This document shows, one piece after another, positions 13,483 to 24,600 of a DNA stretch of 64,000 bases (the first letter of the stretch is position 1; each line of letters begins with the position of its first letter). Under the pieces are notes generated by a model. The model did not search any database. It was not told the origin of the DNA and worked only from the letters and a program-made list of their open reading frames with translations. The DNA comes from Macrostomum lignano. Taxonomy: Eukaryota. A program made the translations under genes and the position numbers. Location of the stretch: assembly GCA_002269645.1 (NCBI GenBank), contig NIVC01001608.1, positions 62,001 to 126,000 of the forward strand, in the 5' to 3' direction.

Positions 13483-13644
13483 GTAGCTTTTATTGCATTG
13501 CTTGCCATTGATTTGATACATCTGCCAATAGCTGTTGGCGCAGTCAGGTTGTCTATGGTTAGAAGCATCAAGCTCGAAATGAGTAGCTATAGACTGTAAA
13601 TTCGATATGATGCAATCGTATATATTACTGACATAACTGCTGAG

Positions 13645-14085
13645 AGTAGCTGGCGCCTCGTCCCACTAATGACAAATATAGCCCTGATCGGTTAATTGGC
13701 TGGCGCCTCGAACTAATGTACAAATATAGCCCTGATCGGATCTAATTGGCTGGCGACACTAATGTACAAATATAGCCCTGATCGGATCTAATTGGCTGGC
13801 GCCTCCCCCATCCCCCACTAATGTACATATATAGCCCAAGTCTTCACTTTTAGCTTAACTGTCAATGCTTGTAGCCTTTAGGTGCCCGCTTGATTAACTG
13901 CTAATTCTATCCCAACAGTACAGCCTTGGTCATGCTCGTTTAGCCCAATCAGCCGCCTTCGCCCCCCCCACTAATGTACATTAGCCCTGATCGTACGCGG
14001 CAGCCTCCCCCGGCCCCACGTGCCTGATCGCTATGCGGCGCCTCCCCCATCCCTGGTGTACGGGTCACCTAGCTGGCGCCTGCCA
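13645..14085. repeat. Degenerate, indel-rich tandem repeat of about 45 bp
   Basis: cactaatgtacaaatatagccctgatcggatctaattggctggcg units, increasingly garbled towards 14085. Confidence 0.75.
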
Positions 14086-14086
14086 G

Positions 14087-14307
14087 GGTACAAGCCCTTA
14101 GCCTGGACTGTGCCTGATAAGCCGCAGGCTCTCTACCAGCTTTGCAATTGCAAGTACACGAAGAGCCCACCGCTGTGCGACGGCAGTCATACCAATCTGC
14201 CTTGCCAACTGATGGCTAAACAGGCCGATTGCAATGACAAATCTAATCACGCACAAGATTTAACATTGTGCAGCAGTTGCGGCTGGTGTCCAAAGTTTCA
14301 GTTCTGA
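14087..14307 (+). CDS. CISD3: Last exon of a CISD3/MiNT-like CDGSH iron-sulfur protein; upstream exon(s) not found in the window
   Basis: CNCKYTKSPPLCDGSH fits the CDGSH consensus C-x-C-x2-(S/T)-x3-P-x-CDG(S/T)H. It is followed by a Cys-rich tail (C..C..H..CSSCGW). Acceptor cctgccag at 14086 (phase 1) and stop TGA at 14305. Confidence 0.75.
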
Positions 14308-14359
14308 CGCGTAGCGGTGTAGCAGTATTTTTGTCTCTGATTTGCACAGAATAATGGAG

Positions 14360-16327
14360 TAGAGAGAGCAGAGAAAATAGAGGGGAGCAGAGAGAAGAGA
14401 AGGGAGCAGAGAGAAGAGAGGGGAGCAGAGAGAAGAGAGGGGAGCAGAGAGAAGATAAGGGAGCAGAGAGAAGAGAGGGGAGCAGAGAGAAGAGAGGGGA
14501 GCAGAGAGAAAAGAGGGGAGCAGAGAGAAAAGAGGGGAGCAGAGAGAAGAGAAGGGAGCAGAGAGAAGAGAGGGGAGCAGAGAGAAGAGAGGGGAGCAGA
14601 GAGAAGAGAAGGGAGCAGAGAGAAGAGAAGGGAGCAGAGAGAAGAGAGGGGAGCAGAGAGAAGAGAAGGGAGCAGAGAGAAGAGAGGGGAGCAGAGAGAA
14701 GAGAGGGGAGCAGAGAGAAGAGAAGGGAGCAGAGAGAAGAGAGGGGAGCAGAGAGAAGAGAGGGGAGCAGAGAGAAGAGAAGGGAGCAGAGAGAAGAGAA
14801 GGGAGCAGAGAGAAGAGAGGGGAGCAGAGAGAAGAGAAGGGAGCAGAGAGAAGAGAGGGGAGCAGAGAGAAGAGAGGGGAGCAGAGAGAAGAGAGGGGAG
14901 CAGAGAGAAGAGAAGGGAGCAGAGAGAAGAGAAGGGAGCAGAGAGAAGAGAAGGGAGCAGAGAGAAGTGAAGGGAGCAGAGAGAAGAGAAGGGAGCAGAG
15001 AAGAGAGGGTAGCAGAGAGAAGAGAGGGGAGCAGAGATAAGAGAAGGGAGCAGAGATAAGAGAAGGGAGCAGAGAGAAGAGAGGGGAGCAGAGAGAAGAG
15101 AAGGGAGCAGAGAGAAGAGAAGGGAGCAGAGAGAAGAGAGGGTAGCAGAGGAAAGAGAAGGGAGCAGAGGAAAGAGAGGGGAGCAGAGAGAAGAGAAGGG
15201 AGCAGAGAGAAGAGAGGGAGCAGAGGGAAGAGAGGGAGCAGAGAGAAGAGAAGGGAGCAGAGGGAAGAGAGGGGAGCAGAGAGAAGAGAAGGGAGCAGAG
15301 GGAAGAGAGGGAGCAGAGGAAAGAGAGGGGAGCAGAGAGAAGAGAAGGGAGCAGAGGAAAGAGAGGGGAGCAGAGAGAAGAGAAGGGAGCAGAGGTAAGA
15401 GAGGGAGGCAGAGGAAACAGAGGGGAGCAGAGAGAAGAGAAGGGAGCAGAGGGAAGAGAGGGAGCAGAGAGAAGACAGAGGAGCAGAGAGAAGAGAGGGG
15501 AGCAGAGGGAAGAGAGGGGAGCAGAGAGAAGAGAAGGGAGCAGAGGGAAGAGAGGGAGCAGAGAGAAGAGAAGGGAGCAGAGGGAAGAGAGGGGAGCAGA
15601 GAGAAGAGAAGGGAGCAGAGGAAAGAGAGGGGAGCAGAGAGAAGAGAAGGGAGCAGAGGTAAGAGAGGGAGGCAGAGGAAACAGAGGGGAGCAGAGAGAA
15701 GAGAGGGGAGCAGAGGAAAGAGAGGGGAGCAGAGAGAAGAGAAGGGAGCAGAGGCAAGAGAGGGGAGCAGAGGAAAGAGAGGGGAGCAGAGAGAAGAGAG
15801 GGAGCAGAGGGAAGAGAGGGAGCAGAGAGAAGAGAAGGGAGTAGAGGGAAGAGAGGGGAGCAGAGGAAAGAGAGGGGAGCAGAGAGAAGAGAAGGGAGCA
15901 GAGAGAAGAGAAGGGAGCAGAGGGAAGAGAGGGAGCAGAGGAAAGAGAGGGGAGCAGAGAGAAGAGAAGGGAGCAGAGGGAAGAGGGAGCAGAGATTAGA
16001 GAAGGGAGCAGAGGGAAGAGAGGGAGCAGAGGAAAGAGGGGAGCAGAGAGAAGAGAAGGGAGCAGAGGTAAGAGAGGGAGGCAGAGGAAACAGAGGGGAG
16101 CAGAGAGAAGAGAAGGGAGCAGAGGGAAGAGAGGGAGCAGAGAGAAGAGAGGGGAGCAGAGGAAAGAGAGGGGAGCAGAGGAAAGAGAGGGGAGCAGAGG
16201 AAAGAGAGGGAGCAGAGGGAAGAGCGGGAGCAGAGAGAAGAGAAGGGAGTAGAGGGAAGAGAGGGGAGCAGAGGAAAGAGAGGGGAGCAGAGAGAAGAGA
16301 AGGGAGCAGAGGCAATAGAGGGGAGCA
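14360..16327. repeat. Purine-rich minisatellite of about 19 bp (agagagaagagaggggagc)n, about 2 kb
   Basis: Direct inspection; it produces the spurious LLSAPFSSLC ORFs. Confidence 0.95.
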
Positions 16328-16716
16328 GATGGTTCTGAAAGCCTGTGAAGCCCCTGATCATAATCCCATTTAGCAATAACTCGAACCAGATCCAGATGTC
16401 CTAATCCAGAAAAGAGCAATTCAAATTTAATGCTGATTCAAATTCAGTACCTTTGCTATAATGAAACGATTTTATGAGGTTTGTTTTCATTAATAATTCA
16501 ATAAAATATGGTGCCTTTACACAGCTTTGATTTACAATTGCTTATATCGAATTCAGACTTTAACTAAGCCTCTTAATAATTTCTGATAGTTTGTTAGCGA
16601 TTTATAACCTGGAACTTGATTTATGAGTAAGGCTAAAGTGTTAGTTACATGACTCATCAATGCGAGTATATTTTAGTAACATTAGTGCACGTGCACTATG
16701 ACACACCTGTCCATAG

Positions 16717-18267
16717 GCTACCGGATTAAGCGGCGGCATTGTCCGCCTGTCTCGCCGATCAGTTAACGCAGGCCAAAGCGTTTCCCGCGTGGCAATTCGT
16801 CTGCTATCGTCTGGCAGTCAGCAGCAACAACAACAGCAGGAGCAACAGCAGCAGTCTCGGCCGCCGCTTCATCGCGACCCAGAGCTCGCCCAGCTTCTTG
16901 GCCGAATTGCCAGCCTGGATTTGGCCAAGCTGACGCCGGAGACTCGGGCCCTGCTAGATCGGATCGTTCGAGTTGATCATGCTGGTGATTTAAACAGTTC
17001 GCTGCTTGTGTGTATTTGTGCAACTTTATCGATTCCTATAATGGTCGCAATCTGCAGTTCACAGTTATATCCCGCCATTTATCATTGCATTTATAACTAT
17101 TGACATGATTAATTGAAATTAGGTAAATTCGTCCCTACATATAGTTTCGATAAATCAACCTCTGACTTAGATAAATCCGCCCCTGGTTTAGATAAATCCG
17201 ACCCTGGTTTAGATAAATCCGCCCCTGGTTTAAATAAACCTGCCCCTAGTTTAGATAAATCCGCCCCTGGTTTATATAAACCTGCCCCTAGTTTAGATAA
17301 ATCCGCCCCTGGTTTATATAAACCTGCCCCTAGTTTAGATAAATCCGCCCCTGGTTTAGATAAACCTGCCTCTGGTTTAGATAAATCCACCCCTGGTTTA
17401 AATAAACCTGCCCCTAGTTTAGATAAATCCACCCCTGGTTAAAATAAACCTGCCCCTAGTTTAGATAAATCCGACCCTGGTTTAGATAAATCCGCCCCTG
17501 GTTTAAATAAACCTGCCCCTAGTTTAGATAAATCCGACCCTGGTTTAGATAAATCCGCCCCTGGTTTAAATCCGCCCATAGTTTAAATAAACTAGCCCCA
17601 ATTCCCTGTAAATCCGCCCCTAGTTTAAATAAATCTGCCCCTAGTTTGCATCAATCCGCCCCTGCTGTACATGTTCTCAGTTAAATCTCCCTCTAGTTCG
17701 AACAGATCCACCTGCACCCCAGAGAAACCCGCTACCGGTTCCGATAGATCTGCTCCTATTTCAGTTAAATCCGCCTCAACTTCCGCAGGCGAATTCGGCG
17801 CCGACCGGATCTACGCCGGCCAGCTAGCTGTGCTGGGCGGCACCCCAACAGGCCCGCTGATCCGCCACATGCACGAGCAGGAGCAGGACCATCTGGCCGC
17901 GTTCGAAGCCCTCATCCCGGCGTTGCGCGCCCGACCCACCGTGCTGATGCCGTTCTGGCGTGTGGCCGGCTTCGCTTTGGGCGCCGGCACCGCTTTAATT
18001 GGCAAAGAGGCCGCCATGGCCTGCACTGTGGCTGTTGAAGCCGAGATTCAGGAACACTACAATGCTCAGCTGCGCAGCCTGCTAGCCGATAATCCCGAGC
18101 TACACGCCGACTTAATGCGGGTCATCGCTCGATTCCGCGACGAGGAGGCCGAGCATCACGACACTGGACTACGCGAGGACGCTGAGTCTGCGCCCGCTTA
18201 TCCGGCTTTGTCCGCCGCCATTCGAGCTGGCTGTCGGGTTGCCATCTTCTTGTCGGAGCGGATCTGA
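16717..18267 (+). CDS. COQ7: Ubiquinone biosynthesis di-iron hydroxylase COQ7/CLK-1. Exons 16717-16984 and 17789-18267
   Basis: RIVRVDHAG|EFGADRIYAGQ, EQEQDHL, MACTVAVE, EHYNAQLR, FRDEEAEHHD and GCRVAIFLSERI. Phase-1 GT-AG intron. The Arg/Ser-rich N-terminus looks like a mitochondrial presequence. No in-frame ATG follows the acceptor at 16716. Confidence 0.93.
17140..17665. repeat. 21-bp minisatellite (ttagataaatccgcccctggt)n in the COQ7 intron
   Basis: Direct inspection; gives a 7-aa periodic ORF. Confidence 0.92.
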
Positions 18268-18319
18268 ACTAATTCACAATCAATAAATTCGCAAAAGATA
18301 TTGGTAAATAGCCTTAGAA

Positions 18320-18500
18320 CGATAAAATGCCATAGAAATGCCGGGGAAATTCCATGGAAATGCCAGGGACATTCCATGGAAATGCGGCGAAAATTCCATT
18401 GAAATGCCGAGGGAATTCCAGAAATTCCAAAAATATCCGCGGAAATTCCATGGAAATTTCATGAAATGTCCGCAGAAATTCCAAGAAAAATGATTTTTTA
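18320..18500. repeat. Imperfect repeat built on ttccatggaaat downstream of COQ7
   Basis: Recurring semi-palindromic aattccatggaaat motif. Confidence 0.6.
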
Positions 18501-19039
18501 TAAACCCCACAGACATGCCATTAAAAATCACACGTTTCGTTTACCCAGTTACATGTTGTAGAGAAAGAGTTGTAGTCCAGTGGGTTCGGAGTCAAACGGT
18601 CTAAAGTTGCTCCTTGAATATTTGAATCCTTGAATATTTGGCTATATTTTGTTAACTTACAAGTAGGTATTCCTGTGTAAGCAAATGACCCACAATAATG
18701 AAACCTTTGCTTAGCTTAGACTTAGTTCAAACCGGAAAGTCACCCAGTGCTTTTTATTTGAATTTCTATCTGACTGTTAACCATCTGCTTTTCTTCGAAG
18801 CATTTTGAACAGTTTTGAAATTGTACTTCATTTTCAATAGCTTTGTTATCAGGCTTGTCATAGCCTGAGGCTTAAATATACAAATATTAATCTGCAAAGG
18901 AGTTGTTTATTAAATCGTATTTTTCATTTTCAATTTTGTATCAACAAGAAATAATCTGTCAACATCTAGAATGACGCTCAAACTCCCTCTAGAATCTCAT
19001 TCAATCGCCTTAATAGAGAATAGCCCTCAATGTCCTTTG

Positions 19040-19535
19040 ATAATCGCCCTCGATCTCCTTTGATAATCGCCCTCAATCTCCATTGATAATCGCCCTCAAT
19101 CTCCATTGATAATCGCCCTCAATCTCCATTGATAATCGCCCTCAATCTCCACTGATAATCGCCCTCAATCTCCATTGATAATCGCCCTCAATCTCCATTG
19201 ATAATCGCCCTCAATCTCCATTGATAATCGCCCTCAATCTCCACTGATAATCGCCCTCAATCTCCATTGATAATCGCCCTCAATCTCCACTGATAATCGC
19301 CCTCAATCTCCATTGATAATCGCCCTCAATCTCCATTGATAATCGCCCTCAATCTCCATTGATAATCGCCCTCAATCTCCATTGATAATCGCCCTCAATC
19401 TCCATTGATAATCGCCCTCAATCTTCATTGATAATCGCCCTCAATCTCCATTGATAATCGCCCTCAATCTCCATTGATAATCGCCCTCAATCTCCATTGA
19501 TTAATCGCCCTGAATCTCCATTGATAATCGCCCTG
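19040..19535. repeat. 23-bp minisatellite (ttgataatcgccctcaatctcca)n
   Basis: About 21 near-identical copies ending just before the THADA 5' region. Confidence 0.95.
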
Positions 19536-19591
19536 GATCTCCTTTGAAACAGCAAAACATGGGTAAATATTCCAGCAGTTTCAGCAGTTGA

Positions 19592-21534
19592 ATGCGGTGC
19601 ACCAGACAGATCAGCAGCGGCTGTGTGGCCGAACTTGTCAGCGGTCTGGCTAACTCGGACATCAGTCGCAAAGAGAAGCACATTCTTGTTGGGTACGCAA
19701 TAAAAATCTAACAGTTATATAAAATGTCAAGTTTCTATCCCCGCTTGCTAGCTAATGCGATGATCATTGCAGACGGTTAAAACAATTCCCAGCAGTTGAG
19801 GTTCAGTCGCACTGCCAACAGTTGCTATGCAGCAATGCGAGCTTAGAGACGCTCGTGTCCGCGTTCGAGTACCTGTTGCAAGGAAATTTCGGTCAGTACT
19901 ATTAATTAGTATTGCTTATATGGCTAGCCCATCCTGTGCTTGGTCACAATGGAAAATTAGCATACTGATCACAATGACAGATATGGAGATATGGAGACGC
20001 TAAGAAAGGCTTGAACTTTGATTTCCCAGCAACTCTCCGTTAATACTCACTTGTCATCATCTCGGCATCGGGTGTGGAGCCCTTTGGAGTGGGGGCGGAG
20101 CAGCTACGCGGTAAACGACTCTGACTCTCGCGCCACGACTCTCCCTAGTTCGATTCCGTGCTCGGCCCACCCCCATTCACACAAATGAATGCCAACCCCC
20201 AAGGCACAGAGAGTGTACATGCCTGACGATTAGAAAGTCAGAGCTGCTGTACATCCTGTGTGAGCGTGTGTGTGAGTGTGTGCTTGTCTGCGTACGTACA
20301 GTACAAGGGCGTTTGAGGGGCCACGGCCATCATGTAATTATTTTTTTACTTTACAGTATAATAATAAATAATGATAATAATTGACTACACCTGCCCTAAT
20401 GGGCCAGATGTGCAACCGACAGCTCAGCCGCAGCTATTGCTCAATTACCCCAGCTAAATGCTGGCACCCATTTTTACAGCTGGGTGAACTGAAGCAATGC
20501 AGAGTTAAGTGTCTTGCTCAAAGACACAACTAGTTCCAGTGGGATCGGGAATCGAACCCCCGACCTTCAAGTTGTGAGTCTGCAACTGCAACCCCATGTA
20601 AACAGTATATAAGTATTTGTGGAGTCTTAGCATTCTTCCATGGGTTGTACTAACTGGAGACAGCCCGTATCCATTACCATCGACACTTGAATATCGTTGT
20701 TTTTAGGCTTGCCCGATACCTTCTGTCACAAACTGCTGGATAAAACTGTAATAGACATTTCTGATAGGTAAGTTCATAAAAATCTTATTTTGTGTATATT
20801 AAAGCTTGTAAAAGGGTAGAAAATGGTTAATAGGGAATAAATAAGGGAATAATAGGGAAGAAGGGGGAGCAGAGGGAAGAAAGGGGATCAAAGGGAAGAA
20901 AGGGAATCAGAAGGAAGAAAAGGGAAGAAAGTGGATCAAAGGGAAGAAAGGGGATCAGAAAGAAGAAGGGGGATCAAAGGGAAGAAAGGGGATCAAAGGG
21001 AAGAAGGGGGATCAAAGGGAAGAAAGGGGAATCAAAGGAAAGAAAGGGAATCAGAAGGAATAAATGGGATCAGAGGGAAGAACGGAGGGGATTAGAAGGA
21101 AGAAAGCTTGCCAAAGGCATAAGGAGGAAAATATATCTGGTCAAAGAACAAAGGCACAAAGCTTCCCAAAATGCTCTTCCATTCGCCAGCCCCATCGGCA
21201 GCGCCCGACTGCTCAGAAGCTGCCAGACGGCGCTGAAACTGCTTCGCAGCCTCGGACTTGAGGCGGTGCCCGCCGAAGTAGCGGAGAAGCTCCGGTCAGT
21301 TCTGATTGAACGATTGGTTGGTGAGTTTTGCTTACATAAACATACAGTTTCGATACTCGCTACTTTTACATTAGGGTGCGCAGCTTTATTCACTAAGGAA
21401 GAAAATCTCCACTTCTATACTCGTAATTTGTGCAGATCTGCAGCAGTCTGGCGGATCCGACTGCCTGTGCCTTGCGTACCTGCTGCTCGTGGCTTTGTGC
21501 AGATCAGACCTGCCCAGCCTCACGGTAATTAGCC

Positions 21535-21623
<89 letters not shown>

Positions 21624-24600
21624 GTCTGTCTGTGTCAGCATTGCTTCGCCTCATCCCAATCCCAGCTGCAGTCGCTCACAGGCCAGCCGACAGACCGGGC
21701 AGCAGCCAGCAGCCAACTGGCATTTTGGAACGCCCTCCTCACCCAGGACGCCTACCTGAGTCGTCGCGGTTCCGTCACCCCGAATGATGACGAGGTCCGC
21801 GACAGCAGCTGCTCCATTGACGTTCCCCGTCTTCTCGACTGTCTGCAGTATGCCCTGCAGTTAAATAGGTAGCTTGGCAGTTCAGAATACATGTACATTT
21901 GCCACTGGTCTAAGAACATCGCTGTGTATGCTAATAAAGTCTGCATTGTTTTGCTGTGCTTTCAGCGTTGCTGCCGATCCGCTACTGTTGTCGAAAACGA
22001 TTCTATTATGCTATGAGGCCTTGCTGGCAAGGTGAGTATGTTTCAGCCTAATATACAGTAGACCGCATGCTGTAGTCTAATATAGACCGGATACTGTAGT
22101 CTAATATAGACCGGATGCTGTAGGCTAATATAGACCGGATGCTGTAGTCTAATATAGACCTAATATAGACCGGATGCTGTAGCCCAATATACAGTAGACC
22201 GGATGCTGTAGTCTAATATAGACCGGATGCTGTAGTCTAATATAGACCGGATACTGTAGTCTAATATAGACCGGATACTGTAGGCTAATATAGACCGGAT
22301 ACTGTAGTCTAATATAGACCGGATGCTGTAGTCTAATATAGACCGGATGCTGTAGTATAATATAGACCGGATACTGTAGGCTAATATAGACTGGATGCTG
22401 TAGTATAATATAGACCGGATACTGTAGGCTAATATAGACCGGATGCTGTAGGCTAATATAGACCGGATGCTGTAGTCTAATATAGACCTAATATAGACCG
22501 GATGCTGTAGCCCAATATACAGTAGACCGGATGCTGTAGTCTAATATAGACCGGATGCTGTAGTCTAATATAGACCGGATACTGTAGTCTAATATAGACC
22601 GGATACTGTAGGCTAATATAGACCGGATGCTGTAGTCTAATATAGACCGGATGCTGTAGTCTAATATAGACCGGATACTGTAGGCTAATATAGACCGGAT
22701 GCTGTAGGCTAATATAGACCGGATGCTGTAGGCTAATATAGACCGGATGCTGTAGGCTAATATAGACCGGATGCTGTAGTCTAATATAGACCGGATGCTG
22801 TAGTCTAATATAGACCGGATGCTGTAGGCTAATATAGACCGGATGCTGTAGTCTAATATAGACCGGATGTTGCAGCATGATGGGATGTTTTGTCATAAAG
22901 AATTCATTTTTACCTAAGCAAAACCTTGAATTAAATTGTCAAGATGTCAATCAACTGACGGGGAGTCTTACGACAGTCGCTTGGCCCAGCCGCAGCTGAC
23001 ACAATTGACTCTGGACTATGTGATGGCTAACATGGAATCTCATATCTTTGTGAGGACTACTGTACTGACTAACTTGCCTTGCGTGTCTATTTTGCAGCTA
23101 ACAACACAGATAAAATCGATGTAAACAGTTTATTATTTATTTCAGCTGGTCAAGCACAACTGTTCGGCTATATTCAACTGTCTCGTGCGACTAATTGGTA
23201 CGTGAGATGCTATTTCTTATGTGCAGCTCTGTCACATAAAATTATAAACCTGTCCGACCCACTGCTAAGGTGTCAGGCGGGTTGTGTCAGCTCTGATAAG
23301 CATCTCCTATTCGGCTCCGTACTAACCTCAGTCAATGCTGCTTAACTTGTAGGTCTTATCCGACTGGAGATACTGATTTTTATTAAAATTACTTCTAAGA
23401 CTTGCACTATATAGTAGTAATATAAAAATACTACTTTAAAAAGTATTGATTGTTAAGCTTTTCGTTCTTTTTTATTAGAGTCAGGGGCTGTGTGCACCCT
23501 GGTGAACTTTAAGCGATATTTTCACACAACCGGCAAGAGGCATTGCTGCCGACTCTCCTGAGCAGGCACACAAGCGCGCGGATACGTACGCAGTTAGACG
23601 CGAAGGCACACACTCACACAGGAGTGTACAGCGGCCTTAACTTTATTTATCGTTAGGCATGTACACTTCACTGCGCCTTGGGGGTTGGCTCTCAAGGCCG
23701 TTAATTGCACGAGCAGAGTCAAGCCGAGATTCCAATTTAGTCCCAAATTAATGTGACTGCACTTGGAATCGAGCCTGGGCCGCTGGCACATCAGAGCGCC
23801 GCACTAGACCACAAGGCTATGGTCCTTCTGATTTAAAAGTACTTTTTTATCCGAAGCGTACTACATGTACTTATGAATATAATTATTTGGCTGCTAAAAT
23901 CACTATAAAGATCGCATCAGCGGCTGCTGGGACGCAGTGCTCCGCCGAGTTCACTCTCTCAGCTGGGAGGCCAAGGCCAAATACGCACTGCTACAGGGTC
24001 TGGCGGCTGCGCAGCCCAGACTGGTGCTGACCGCCTGTCCCAATGTGCTCAGGGTTGCCGTGCGACAGAGCCGGGAGCACGTGCTTGGCTACTATGTGAG
24101 CTGCCTTGACTGAGAATCTCCCATCAACTCCCATCGACAATCTCCCATCAACTCCCATTGATAATCTCCCATCAACTCCCATTGAGAATCTCCCATCAAC
24201 TCGATCCCATTGATAATCTCCCATCAACTTCCATTGAGAATCTCCCATCAACTCCCATTGAGAATCTCCCATCAACTCCCACTGATAATCTCCCATCAAC
24301 TTCCATTGAGAATCTCCCATCAACTCCCATTGATAATCTCCCATCAACTTCCATTGATAATCTCCCATCAACTCCCACTGATAATCTCCCATCAACTTCT
24401 ACTGATAATCTCCCATCAACTCCTACTGATAATCTCCCATCAACTCCTACTGATAATCTCCCATCAACTCCCATTGACAATCTCCCATAAACCCCATTGA
24501 CAATCTCCCATAAACCCCATTGACAATTTCCCATAATTACCATAAACCCCATTGACAATCTCCCATAAACCCCATTGACAATCTCCCATAAACCCCATAG

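Noticed and set aside
14243-16419. 690-aa and 719-aa minus-strand ORFs
   Set aside because: They are translations of a purine-rich minisatellite; periodic and low complexity.
17671-17788. ORF-track N-terminus for COQ7 (MFSVKSPSS...)
   Set aside because: It lies in the degenerate tail of the intronic repeat and would omit the conserved RVDHAG ligand motif encoded in the upstream exon.
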